Assembly: GCA_003225455.1 (NCBI GenBank)
Contig: QIAB01000046.1
Span: 9,946 to 73,945 of the forward strand
Origin: Acidobacteriota bacterium
GTDB lineage: Bacteria > Acidobacteriota > Terriglobia > Terriglobales > Acidobacteriaceae
Direction of reading: 5' to 3'
Length of the DNA: 64,000 nucleotides
Under the pieces are notes generated by a model. It made no database searches. It saw only the letters and a list, made by a program, of their open reading frames with translations, and was not told the DNA's origin. The position numbers and the translations under genes are program-made. Every line of letters begins with the position of its first letter. Positions within the stretch are counted from its first letter, which is position 1. Below are positions 1 through 9,469 of the stretch, piece after piece.

Positions 1-1
1 T

Positions 2-340
2 CGCGAGAAGCTCGCGCTCGCCGACATTATGCTGATGCCAAGTGAACTGGAATCATTTGGACTGGCGGCACTCGAGGCAATGGCCTGCGAGGTAGTGCCG
101 ATCGCGACGCGCGTGGGCGGAGTACCCGAAGTGATTGAACATGGCAAGAGCGGCTATCTCGCTGACGTAGGCGATGTGGCAACGATGGCCCGTTACGCAG
201 TTGAATTACTCACCGACGAAGGCCGGCTTCAGGAGATGGCGAAGGCCGCGCGGGCTGTCGCTCAGTCCAGATTCTGCTCCAGCAAAATCATTCCCCAGTA
301 CGAAGATTTTTATCGACGCGTGCTGGAGCGCTCTTCATAG
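2..340 (+). CDS. bshA: Glycosyltransferase family 4 (GT-B), C-terminal fragment; BshA-like N-acetylglucosaminyl-malate synthase candidate (5' end outside window)
   Basis: Frame is open from nt 2. LMPSELESFGLAALEAMAC..ATRVGGVPEVIEHGKSGYL is the GT-B donor-binding region. The tail SSKIIPQYEDFY resembles BshA as I remember it. Confidence 0.6.
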   Translation, partial: REKLALADIMLMPSELESFGLAALEAMACEVVPIATRVGGVPEVIEHGKSGYLADVGDVATMARYAVELLTDEGRLQEMAKAARAVAQSRFCSSKIIPQYEDFYRRVLERSS

Positions 341-1677
341 ACTACGGCAGGAGTGGCGTAGTCACTCTGCAAAACCGGAACCCGCAGACGCACCAAGGTT
401 CCCTTACCCTCGTGGCTGTCAATCGTCATTCGCGCTGTCTCTCCGTAGAGCACCTTGAGCCGCTCAGCAACATTGGCAATGCCAATGCCGGTTCCACCCA
501 GTCCGGTTGGCTGCTCCAGCAAATTCGCTGCGCCCATGCCTACGCCGTCATCCTCAATTTCCATGATCAGATGGGAATTGGTGAGGCGGCTTCGCAGGTA
601 GATGCTGCCGCCGTCAATCTTCGATGACAACCCATGCTTAATGGAATTCTCCACCAACAGTTGAAGGAGCATGCTGGGGATCATGGTATCGAGCGACGAG
701 GTGTCCAGCTCTTTTATAACTCGCAGCTTGTCACGTCCGAAGCGGACGACTTCGATATCCAGATAATTATCGATAAACTCCAGCTCTTCGCGCAGCGGCA
801 CGAAGGCATCACTGCTGTTCAGCAATCGGCGGAGGATGCTGGCCAGCTTGATGATGAGTTCGCGCGCCGTGTCCGGGGCGAAGCGTACGAGCGATGAAAC
901 AGAGTTGAGCGTGTTGAAGAGAAAGTGGGGATTGATCTGGTTTTGCAGTGCTTCCATGCGGGCATGAAGCAGAAGGCGCTCCTGCTCTTCTAATTTGATC
1001 TGGATGCGGACGCTGTTCCAGATCTTCAGTTCGATCACGATAACCAGAACTGAGCTCGCATAGATTAGAGCCTCCACCCAGATGTTTCGACTTTCCAGGC
1101 CATAGGTGGCTCCAGGAACGAGTTTGGAGAACTCGGTGTGCGCGAAACGAAGGACCAGAATAGTCAGCAAGAAAATGATTTGCCAATCAAATGGCCGTGG
1201 TTTGGGGAACTGACGGCGAAACCAGCGGTATATGCTGAAATAATTAAACGGTGAAAACGACCAGATCTCGTGACTGGGCACCATGCTGTGCAACTGCCCC
1301 GCAACGAAACCGATCAGGACGTTCAGCGGCAGGGCGGCCCACTGTCCTTGCCACGCGGCGGGCAACGCAAGAAGAGCTCCGCAAAGTATGCCGGTGAAGC
1401 GGCCAGCGATCACCCCCAGCAGCAAGATCGTTTCAAAAGATAAATCGCCGGCAAAGGAACTTTCAGCGCCGATACGGATCCATACACCTAGTGCGAGATG
1501 GATACCGATCCATGCCGAAACAGCGAACCAGAGAACCAGGTAAATGCGTTGCTTTAGTGTGCGCTCTTCGCGGAATAACAGAGACTTGAACTCCACCGAG
1601 CGCACCAGTGCGCTTGCCAGGGCGGCGGCGAGCCCGAGCTTTACGAGCAGATTGATGAGAATAAGGCGCTGTTCCAT
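310..1677 (-). CDS. LytS/YehU-type sensor histidine kinase (membrane)
   Basis: 455-aa ORF with a multi-TM N-terminus, H-box NPHFLFNTLNSV and ATP lid GGTGIGIANV. No LytTR regulator is adjacent. The 3' end overlaps bshA by 31 nt. Confidence 0.85.
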   Translation of the reverse strand: MEQRLILINLLVKLGLAAALASALVRSVEFKSLLFREERTLKQRIYLVLWFAVSAWIGIHLALGVWIRIGAESSFAGDLSFETILLLGVIAGRFTGILCGALLALPAAWQGQWAALPLNVLIGFVAGQLHSMVPSHEIWSFSPFNYFSIYRWFRRQFPKPRPFDWQIIFLLTILVLRFAHTEFSKLVPGATYGLESRNIWVEALIYASSVLVIVIELKIWNSVRIQIKLEEQERLLLHARMEALQNQINPHFLFNTLNSVSSLVRFAPDTARELIIKLASILRRLLNSSDAFVPLREELEFIDNYLDIEVVRFGRDKLRVIKELDTSSLDTMIPSMLLQLLVENSIKHGLSSKIDGGSIYLRSRLTNSHLIMEIEDDGVGMGAANLLEQPTGLGGTGIGIANVAERLKVLYGETARMTIDSHEGKGTLVRLRVPVLQSDYATPAVVYEERSSTRR

Positions 1678-1737
1678 GAGATCCGCTGAGAGAAATGTAG
1701 CACGGTCTTGAATCCGGCGCGGAGACTCTCGATTTGC

Positions 1738-2940
1738 TCAATACGGCCCGATAATGCCGCCGATCTGGCGTGAAGCCGGCGGCGCCAAGCGTTCCTTCTT
1801 TCCCTCAATCACATCCGGATACTTCAATCCGGACCCTGTGTTGAAGAGGACCACATCATCCTTTGGTCCAAAGAACCCATTGGCGCACAGTTTTCTGTAA
1901 GCTGCTAGCGATGCCGCTCCTTCTGGTGCGGCAAAAATTCCTTCTACACGCGCCCAGTTCCGCAGCGCGTCCATGATTTCGTCATCGGTCACCGCAACGG
2001 CAATGCCGCCGCTCTTCTTAACGATGTCGAGAATCAAATAGTCCCCATAGGCCTTGGGCACGCGGAGGCCAGCGGCGAGGGTTGAAGCACGCGGCCAGAA
2101 GTCTGCAGACGGCTTTTGCTCATCCCACGCTTTAACAATTGACGCACATCCTGCTGATTGCACGACCACCATCTTAGGGCGCTCTGCACCTACCCAGCCC
2201 AGCGTCTGCATCTCTTCAAACGCCTTCCACATACCAATTAGCCCAACACCGCCACCAGTGGGATAGATAATCCCGTGCGGCAACCGCCAGCCAAGCTGCT
2301 CGGCCACCTCGTATCCCATCGTCTTCTTCCCTTCCACGCGGAATGGTTCCTTCAAAGTGGAAACATCAAACCAGTCCTCCTGCTCTTTTCGCTCGGCGAC
2401 CATTCGAGCGCAGTCGCTAATCAACCCGTCCACCAGTGTGATCCGTGCGCCATACGTCTCGCATTCCACGCGGTTCGCCAACGGCACGTCCTTCGGCATA
2501 AAAATGTGTGCCTCGAGACCAGCCTTGGCTGCGTAGGCCGCCAGTGCGCTAGCGGCGTTTCCGGCAGAAGGAATCGCAAGCTTCTTCAGGCCGTAATATT
2601 TCGCCATCGTAACCGCGGCGGAAAGGCCGCGAGCCTTGAACGAACCGGTAGGATTCAGGCCTTCATCCTTGATAAGAACATTAGGGAACTCGCGACTGGG
2701 CAGCATGGGAGTGAAGCCTTCGCCTAATGAAGCGGGTTCGGCTTCCGGCAGAACTTCCGCATATCGCCACATGGTTGCCGGACGCCCCGCCAGAGCTTCA
2801 CGCTTAAAGTGATGCTTTAAGTATTCAAGATCGTAGCGCACGTAGAGCACGCCACCATCTTTAGGACAAACCGTCTGGGGCTCCTTGGCGCTGATGTGCG
2901 TGCCACACCCGGTGCACTCCAGATAGGTGATCGGGGCCAT
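1738..2940 (-). CDS. thrC: Threonine synthase
   Basis: 400-aa ORF with an N-terminal Cys-rich ribbon (CTGCG..CPKDG), the PLP-lysine motif SFKARG and a PALP-fold C-terminus. Confidence 0.8.
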   Translation of the reverse strand: MAPITYLECTGCGTHISAKEPQTVCPKDGGVLYVRYDLEYLKHHFKREALAGRPATMWRYAEVLPEAEPASLGEGFTPMLPSREFPNVLIKDEGLNPTGSFKARGLSAAVTMAKYYGLKKLAIPSAGNAASALAAYAAKAGLEAHIFMPKDVPLANRVECETYGARITLVDGLISDCARMVAERKEQEDWFDVSTLKEPFRVEGKKTMGYEVAEQLGWRLPHGIIYPTGGGVGLIGMWKAFEEMQTLGWVGAERPKMVVVQSAGCASIVKAWDEQKPSADFWPRASTLAAGLRVPKAYGDYLILDIVKKSGGIAVAVTDDEIMDALRNWARVEGIFAAPEGAASLAAYRKLCANGFFGPKDDVVLFNTGSGLKYPDVIEGKKERLAPPASRQIGGIIGPY

Positions 2941-3074
2941 CGTGGCTAGAGTCTAACAGGGCTGCGCAGTAGCTCTGATTCCGAGAAATAATTCGACCGT
3001 TGCTTATTTGTGCTGCGTAGCGCGCCATGTTCCAACTGTTTGCCTCTTAGGTCCCAGTTTTCATGCCGATTCTA

Positions 3075-3811
3075 TCAATTTAGACGTTTCAGTAGACTGC
3101 TCGCTTTACGGAACCATGGCCGCTCGCGTCGGCGCAGATATCCTGGCATAGTCGGCTTTTTCGCCAGGATTCGCTGCGCCCACTCTCTTGCTTCTTCATT
3201 GCGATTATGTGCAGCGAGAAACGAGGCGTAGTTGTAATAGGTTTCAGAAATTGTGGAAATCCGAGTGGCCTGCTGGAAGAGCGATTCTGCCTTGTCTAGT
3301 TGGCCGATGTTGGCGTAGGCGTGGGCCAACAGTCCTTTGGTGCGCGATGAAAGTCGTACTTTCCGTCTTTCGATACCACGTGCTCGAGGTCGGGTACGGC
3401 CGCGGCGAAATCCCCCAATTCAATCTCAGCAATGGCCCGTCTGTAGAAAGGATCCGGAGAATCGGTGCGCGATGAAATCGCTTTGTCGTAGCACAGACGC
3501 GCGCGAGCGAACTTCTTTTCCCCCGAATACAGATCGGCCAGTTCTTCGTAGTTTCCGGCGGAGGGATTATCCAGAATGGCCGCTTCCAATTCGCGTATCC
3601 GCTTGCGGCGGGGAAATACCTTGAATGATTGGCGAAGCAGTCCGGCGTCGGGCAACACTTCCATTGCGATGTAAACCAGCGCACCCAGACCGCCGCCAAA
3701 CATGATGATCCACAGCCAATAGGTATCCGGGCGCCGCCGAATGAAATGCACAATGGCCACCGCCTGCAGGATCAGGCCCCAGGGATAAAACAAATAAAAA
3801 AGTGCGGACAT
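3075..3811 (-). pseudogene. Membrane protein with PLD-N-like 2-TM N-terminus and TPR-like repeats, split by an apparent 1-nt frameshift
   Basis: ORFs 3296-3811 and 3075-3329 join as ..GKYDFHRAPK/GLLAHAYANIGQLDKAESLF if one g is restored in the aaagga run near 3333-3340. Confidence 0.6.
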
Positions 3812-3971
3812 GTTTTAGCGGTGCGAAAATATAGCACGGGTTCCCGCTATCGTCCGAATTCCTGTGGTAACCTGCATCACGAGCGTTCGCGATCTACAGG
3901 TAGCCAAGACCGAGAACTGAGAACCAGCAACTGAAGACCTTCCGACTCCCGCGATAATCGCAAGTCCGCGA

Positions 3972-4838
3972 ATGCTAGAATCTACTATGGTGAGAGTCCC
4001 CATCCGCCTGATCGCCGTCGATATTGACGGCACCCTGCTGAATCCTCAGTTTTCGATCTCCGATGCAGATCTCCGCGCGCTGCGCCGCGCCCACGCAGAA
4101 GGGATAGAAATTATCGTTGTTACTGGCAGGCGGCACACGTTCGCCCTGCCTATCGTGCAGCAACTCGGCTTCGACCTGTGGGTTATCAGCTCCAATGGTG
4201 CGGTTACGCGTTCATTAAGTGGACAGACTTTTCATCGCGATATGTTGCCGGCGCAGACCTGCCGGGAACTCTGCAGTTCCATGCGGGAGTTCCGAGGGAA
4301 CACTGTCCTGACGTTCGACAAAGAAACCAAGGGCGCACTGGTGCTGGAACATATGAATGAACTGAATGGAAGCATTCAGCGCTGGCTGGAAAAGAATCTT
4401 GAGTATATCGAGTTCGTCATTCCCATTGAAGATGCGCTTACCGCAGACCCGATACAAGCGATGTTCTGCGGCCCGATCGCGCGCATGAGTCAGGCGCTGG
4501 AAGTTCTCGCCGCCACCAAACTGGACGTGACCATTTTGCGAACCGAATACCCGGTGCGTGATCTCTCCATCGTTGACGTTCTCAACCGTAACTGTTCGAA
4601 AGGCCATGCGCTCGAGCGCTGGGCCGATTACCGGGGCATGGCGCGCGAACAGGTCATGGCCATCGGTGACAACTATAACGATATAGAAATGCTTGCCTTT
4701 GCTGGACTCCCGTTTATCATGGGAAACGCATCAGAGGAGCTGCGTCGCAATGGCTGGCCGGTCACTCTGGCAAACGATCAGAACGGCGTAGCAGCAGCGA
4801 TTGAACAGGTGCTGGGAGGGGAGAGCGTACTTTCGTAG
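3972..4838 (+). CDS. Cof-type HAD-IIB family hydrolase
   Basis: 288 aa with motif I AVDIDGTLL, a late GDNYNDIEM motif and a Cof-like cap. Confidence 0.85.
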   Translation: MLESTMVRVPIRLIAVDIDGTLLNPQFSISDADLRALRRAHAEGIEIIVVTGRRHTFALPIVQQLGFDLWVISSNGAVTRSLSGQTFHRDMLPAQTCRELCSSMREFRGNTVLTFDKETKGALVLEHMNELNGSIQRWLEKNLEYIEFVIPIEDALTADPIQAMFCGPIARMSQALEVLAATKLDVTILRTEYPVRDLSIVDVLNRNCSKGHALERWADYRGMAREQVMAIGDNYNDIEMLAFAGLPFIMGNASEELRRNGWPVTLANDQNGVAAAIEQVLGGESVLS

Positions 4839-4841
4839 ATC

Positions 4842-5558
4842 ATGTTTACGGTCGCAAAATTCGTCTCAGGTGTTGCATTCCTTCTCGCTGCGGTGTCACT
4901 GTCCGCATCTGATGTGGCAATTTTGCGCAACGGCTTCTCTATCCATCATGAGCGGCGTGAGGTGCTGGGCGCCGTCACGCGCCTCTACGTGGTGGCGGAC
5001 GGCAGCAGTTACGTCGACGTCTCCACCGATCAGATCGATCATTTCGAGAAAGATTTTTCGCTCCCGCCCTCGGCCACCAAACACGTCATCAATACGATCA
5101 GCGATCGCCACCATCTCGATCCCGATCTGATCAATAGCGTGATTCACGCGGAAAGCGCGTTCAATCCACGTGCAGTGTCCCCGAAGGGCGCACAAGGACT
5201 GATGCAATTGATGCCCGGCACCGCATCGCAACTGGGGGTGCGCAACGCCTTCGATCCGCATGACAATGTGGAGGGTGGCACGGCCTATCTCCGGCAACTT
5301 CTCGAACAGTACAATTTCGATCTCATCAAAGCCCTCGCGGCCTACAATGCCGGGCCGCATCGGGTGCAACGATATCGCGGCATCCCGCCGTACTACGAAA
5401 CCCGTGCCTACGTTGCCCGCATTGTTCGCGACTTCAACCGCAAGAAGCTCGCGGAGAAGACCTCTTCCGCTACGAAAAGAAACAAGACCCGGACGCATCC
5501 AGGCACAACTGTAAAGCAGGCTTCAGTCTCGGGAACTTCCCAAGTGGCGAGTCGTTAA
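4842..5558 (+). CDS. Lytic transglycosylase (SLT domain), secreted
   Basis: Signal peptide, then the SLT catalytic region HAESAFNPRAVSPKGAQGLMQLMPGTA..AYNAG. Confidence 0.85.
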   Translation: MFTVAKFVSGVAFLLAAVSLSASDVAILRNGFSIHHERREVLGAVTRLYVVADGSSYVDVSTDQIDHFEKDFSLPPSATKHVINTISDRHHLDPDLINSVIHAESAFNPRAVSPKGAQGLMQLMPGTASQLGVRNAFDPHDNVEGGTAYLRQLLEQYNFDLIKALAAYNAGPHRVQRYRGIPPYYETRAYVARIVRDFNRKKLAEKTSSATKRNKTRTHPGTTVKQASVSGTSQVASR

Positions 5559-5678
5559 CGTCTTTCCGGAAGAAGCTTGCCTGCGTTGACCCTCTCGCTC
5601 GCGTCATTTACCTTGGCATGAGGAGTAATGTGTAGCCTCTGCGGGATTGAGTTTCGCGGTTTGGGGCGTCTCGGGTAA

Positions 5679-6959
5679 ATGACAAAGAAAAGAATTCTGG
5701 CCACCGCCATCGTGCTGGCAATCCTGTGCGCCCTGGTCTACCTCCAGGTGCGGCACTGGCGATCCTTCGATTGGGCCAAGTTCCGCCACGCGAGCCACGT
5801 GCACCCGCTGCAGATCGCCAGCGCCGTGGGGCTGATTTATATCACCTACGTTCTGCGCGCGCTCCGTTGGAAGGTGTTCCTGGAACCGGCCCGCAACACG
5901 CGAACCTCACGCCTGATGGCACCGACTTTCATTGGGTTCACCGGGCTGGCGCTGCTGGGCCGCCCCGGCGAGTTCATCCGTCCTTACCTGATCGCAAGAA
6001 AAGAGCAACTGTCAGTTTCCTCCCAGATTGGCGTCTGGACGGTGGAACGCATCTTCGACATTGGCGCGTTCACGGTGTTGATGACTATCGACGTCTTCTC
6101 TTCGTCCGCGATCCGAGGGAATCCCTATCTGGGGAACTTTCGGCAGGCTGCGATCGCATTATGCCTACTGGTTGCCTTTATGACGTTGTGCGCGATTATG
6201 ATCCGCAAGCGTGGTCACCTGGTCGCGGCTTTCCTGCATCGTCTCACCTCAGGCATCTCGGGGAATCTAGCCCGCCATGTTGACCAGAAGGTGCGTGCCT
6301 TCGGCGAAGGCCTAAATACCATTGCGAGCGGAAAATCGTTTTTGAAGTTGGTGGCCATCTCGCTTGTTATGTGGTTCATGATTGCCTTGGCCTATCGGCA
6401 GGTGGCCCACTCCTATCCGCCAGAGCCCGCCGCGGGAACTGGCCAGGAAGAAGGTCCGCCGGCGGTGGATGTGGAAACGGCGAGATTGGCCGAGATGCCG
6501 GAACAGGCAGGCCAACCACTCACTCCCGATACCGTGGATGTGTTGAACAGTACGCTGCACCCGAAGGGTTACGACATCAAGGAACATCGCGGTGATATGT
6601 GGCTGTTCCGTCGCGGCAAGCGGATCAAGAAAGTCGGCGACCGGCCGCATCTGAGTAACATGGATGTTTCTCACGTCCTGCTGTTAATGGGCTTCAGCAT
6701 GATCGGCTCGGTGGTGCAGTTGCCCGCGGTCGGTGGCGGCAGCCAATTTGCCGTGATCAGCGCGTTGCAGGTGGTTTACGGCATCCCACCTGAACTGGCG
6801 GTTAGTTGCGGAATTCTCCTTTGGCTCGTCACGTTCATGGCCTGCATTCCCGTGGGCCTGGGCCTCGCGCACCGCGAACACCTTTCCCTGCGCAAGCTTT
6901 CTGAAGAGAGCCAAAAAGCGGATGAATCCGACAGCGTAACGCCTTCGTCGGTCCCATAA
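5679..6959 (+). CDS. Flippase-like / lysylphosphatidylglycerol-synthase TM-region (UPF0104) family membrane protein with hydrophilic insert
   Basis: 426 aa, multi-TM with the typical N-terminal KK..TM start. About 85 hydrophilic residues are inserted around aa 245-330. Confidence 0.6.
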   Translation: MTKKRILATAIVLAILCALVYLQVRHWRSFDWAKFRHASHVHPLQIASAVGLIYITYVLRALRWKVFLEPARNTRTSRLMAPTFIGFTGLALLGRPGEFIRPYLIARKEQLSVSSQIGVWTVERIFDIGAFTVLMTIDVFSSSAIRGNPYLGNFRQAAIALCLLVAFMTLCAIMIRKRGHLVAAFLHRLTSGISGNLARHVDQKVRAFGEGLNTIASGKSFLKLVAISLVMWFMIALAYRQVAHSYPPEPAAGTGQEEGPPAVDVETARLAEMPEQAGQPLTPDTVDVLNSTLHPKGYDIKEHRGDMWLFRRGKRIKKVGDRPHLSNMDVSHVLLLMGFSMIGSVVQLPAVGGGSQFAVISALQVVYGIPPELAVSCGILLWLVTFMACIPVGLGLAHREHLSLRKLSEESQKADESDSVTPSSVP

Positions 6960-7069
6960 TTTAACTGTCAGCTCCAGAGTTGCATCTCCAATTGGGGTAG
7001 CACTTGGGAGGACCCCTACGCGCCTGCCAACTTTCTGCCCCTGTTACAATTGCACCAGTTCCCAGCGCC

Positions 7070-7567
7070 ATGAAGTGTCCTTTCTGTGGTTTTGAAAATG
7101 ACAAGGTGGTGGACTCGCGCGAAAGCAAGGAAGCCGATTCCATCCGCCGGCGCCGCGAGTGTCTGAAGTGCAGCAAGCGCTTCACTACTTACGAGCGCAT
7201 CGACGAAATTCCCTACATGGTGGTCAAGAAAGATGGCCGGCGGGAGAAGTTTGATCGCCAGAAGGTGCTGAACGGATTGCTGCGCGCTTGCGAAAAGCGT
7301 CCCGTACCGATCGGCAAGCTGGAGCAGATTGTGAATGAGGCGGAGGGATTCGTAATTGAATCGCCGGAACGCGAGCGCAAGACCAGCGAGCTGGGCGAAT
7401 TGATCATGAATCGATTGCGGCGCTACGACAAAGTGGCGTATGTGCGATTTGCCTCGGTTTATCTGGATTTTAAAGATGTGCAGGAGTTCATGGCGGAGCT
7501 GAAAGATCTCCTTAAAACAAAAGAGCCTCCGGAGCCGCGCAGCAAAGGCGTGGGAAGAACGACGTAG
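7070..7567 (+). CDS. nrdR: Transcriptional repressor NrdR
   Basis: MKCPFCG...CLKCSKRFTTYERI zinc ribbon followed by an ATP-cone. Start moved from 7004 to the conserved MKCPFC ATG at 7070. Confidence 0.92.
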   Translation: MKCPFCGFENDKVVDSRESKEADSIRRRRECLKCSKRFTTYERIDEIPYMVVKKDGRREKFDRQKVLNGLLRACEKRPVPIGKLEQIVNEAEGFVIESPERERKTSELGELIMNRLRRYDKVAYVRFASVYLDFKDVQEFMAELKDLLKTKEPPEPRSKGVGRTT

Positions 7568-7587
7568 GGGGGCGCCATAAGTGCACC

Positions 7588-7637
7588 GGCGAGCTAGGCT
7601 CGCCCGCCCGGACGAGGGCGTCCGGGCCTACGCAAGC
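7588..7637. repeat. REP/BIME-like element: two GC hairpins plus a cctacg tail
   Basis: ggcgagc-tag-gctcgcc (7588-7604), then cccggacg-aggg-cgtccggg (7607-7626), then cctacgcaagc. It ends 4 nt before the IDH start. Confidence 0.8.
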
Positions 7638-7641
7638 CGAT

Positions 7642-8679
7642 ATGGCATACAAAATCACGTTAATTCCTGGCGACGGCATTGGCCCGGAGGTCACGCGGGC
7701 GGCAGTGCGCATCCTGGAAGCCGCCGGAGTCAAGTTCGAATGGGAGACTTTCGAGGCCGGCGCTGATGCTTACGAGAAATATCACGAATACATTCCCCGC
7801 GAGCTGAGTGAATCGATCGAGCGAACCAGGGTTGGACTCAAAGGTCCCGTCACTACACCCATCGGTGGCGGTTTTGCGAGCATTAATGTCGAATTACGCA
7901 AGCGCTTTGAGCTTTACGCAAACTTTCGTCCCATTCGTAATTTGCCGCATATTCCGACCCGCTATCCCGACGTTGATCTGATCATCGTGCGGGAGAATAC
8001 TGAAGGACTTTACTCAGGGCTGGAGCACGAAGTCGTGCCTGGCGTTGTCGAAAGCCTGAAGGTTATCACTGAGAAGGCCTCCACTCGCATTGCGCGGTTT
8101 GCTTTCGAATATGCGCGAAAGAATCAGCGCAAGAAGATCCACGCGATCCACAAAGCCAACATCATGAAGCTGTCGGATGGGTTGTTTTTGCGTTGCGCGC
8201 GCAATGTGGCGAAAGAATATCCCGAGATCACCTACGGCGAGCACATCGTTGATAACACGTGCATGCAACTGGTCATGAATCCTTATCAGTACGACATGCT
8301 GGTGATGGAAAATCTCTACGGCGATATTATTTCCGATTTATGCGCCGCCTTCGTGGGCGGCCTCGGACTTGTGCCCAGTGCGAATCTCGGCGATCGTTGC
8401 GCGATTTTTGAAGCCGTTCACGGCTCAGCGCCGGATATCGCGGGCAAAAATATCGCCAATCCTACCGCCGTGATTCGCTGCGCTTTGCTTATGCTGCGCC
8501 ACATCGGAGAGTTCGATGCAGCGCTGAAGATCCGCAATGCGCTGGAAAAAGTTTATCGCGATCGCGATAAACTCACGCGTGACGTGGGCGGCAAGGCGGA
8601 AACATCTGAATTCGCCGACTCAATCATTGAAGCGATGCAAGTCTCCTCTGCGGTCTCCCACGCCCCGCAATTCTCGTGA
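7642..8679 (+). CDS. Isocitrate dehydrogenase, NAD-dependent type (isocitrate/isopropylmalate dehydrogenase family)
   Basis: 345 aa with ITLIPGDGIGPEV and NLYGDIISDL. Size and motifs fit the short NAD-IDH class. Confidence 0.8.
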   Translation: MAYKITLIPGDGIGPEVTRAAVRILEAAGVKFEWETFEAGADAYEKYHEYIPRELSESIERTRVGLKGPVTTPIGGGFASINVELRKRFELYANFRPIRNLPHIPTRYPDVDLIIVRENTEGLYSGLEHEVVPGVVESLKVITEKASTRIARFAFEYARKNQRKKIHAIHKANIMKLSDGLFLRCARNVAKEYPEITYGEHIVDNTCMQLVMNPYQYDMLVMENLYGDIISDLCAAFVGGLGLVPSANLGDRCAIFEAVHGSAPDIAGKNIANPTAVIRCALLMLRHIGEFDAALKIRNALEKVYRDRDKLTRDVGGKAETSEFADSIIEAMQVSSAVSHAPQFS

Positions 8680-8755
8680 GTCTCCCGCTTCTCAGTTACA
8701 CAAATCGCCTGTGATCAGCAACTACCGATGACTACCGTAACCTTCTGGCCGCGTC

Positions 8756-9273
8756 GTGCTGAAAAGTACCATTGAAGTCATGCGCGTTTTTCGATGCCTA
8801 GCTATTGCGGGTCTGACACTGTTCGTCGCTAGTGGGTCTACTCAGCAAATTAGATGTAGCAACACGGAGGCGCGGCGTGCAGAAGCTCAGGCTGAAACCC
8901 TTCGCAGCTGGGACGATCTATACAAGTCATACACGTTCTACCGGCAATGTGATGACGCTGCCATAGCGGAGGGTACAGCGAATCTGTTGCGCGTATTCTT
9001 GTCGATCACTGGATCACTCTGCCGCGACTGGCTCAACTTGCCCGCAACGACAACGAATTTCGACATTTCGTAATAAAACACGTAGATGAAACCCTCAACG
9101 GGGATGACGTAGATACGATCCGGTCAAATGCTAAGAATGTATGCCCAATCGGTTTACACCACCTGTGCGATGACCTCATCAAAAAAAGTCCCCGTCAATG
9201 GTCAATGAGCGATAACGCTGTTCACAACAGCTATAACCACGACGACAATTTAGGACACAGGCAGCTGGCGTAA
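8756..9273 (+). pseudogene. Secreted hypothetical protein, probably frameshifted
   Basis: ORF 8756-9073 has a signal peptide. From about 8974 a start-less frame stays open to the TAA at 9271 and reads protein-like (YSESVARILVDHWITLPRLAQLARNDNEFRHFVIKHVDETL..). Confidence 0.4.
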
Positions 9274-9469
9274 AATTCCTTCTATCTGTGTTACATCTTC
9301 AATTGCAAATGCGAATGCTTCGAATGCCGGCGCTTCTGATCGTCATGCAATTGATCACTCTAGCTCTGGCCCAAAAATCTACGAACGCGTCACCGAATCG
9401 CCTAGCCCAAGAGACGCATTCCAAGAAACCCGTGCTGACGGAAACGAAGCCGCGGATCTGCAGCCTGAT

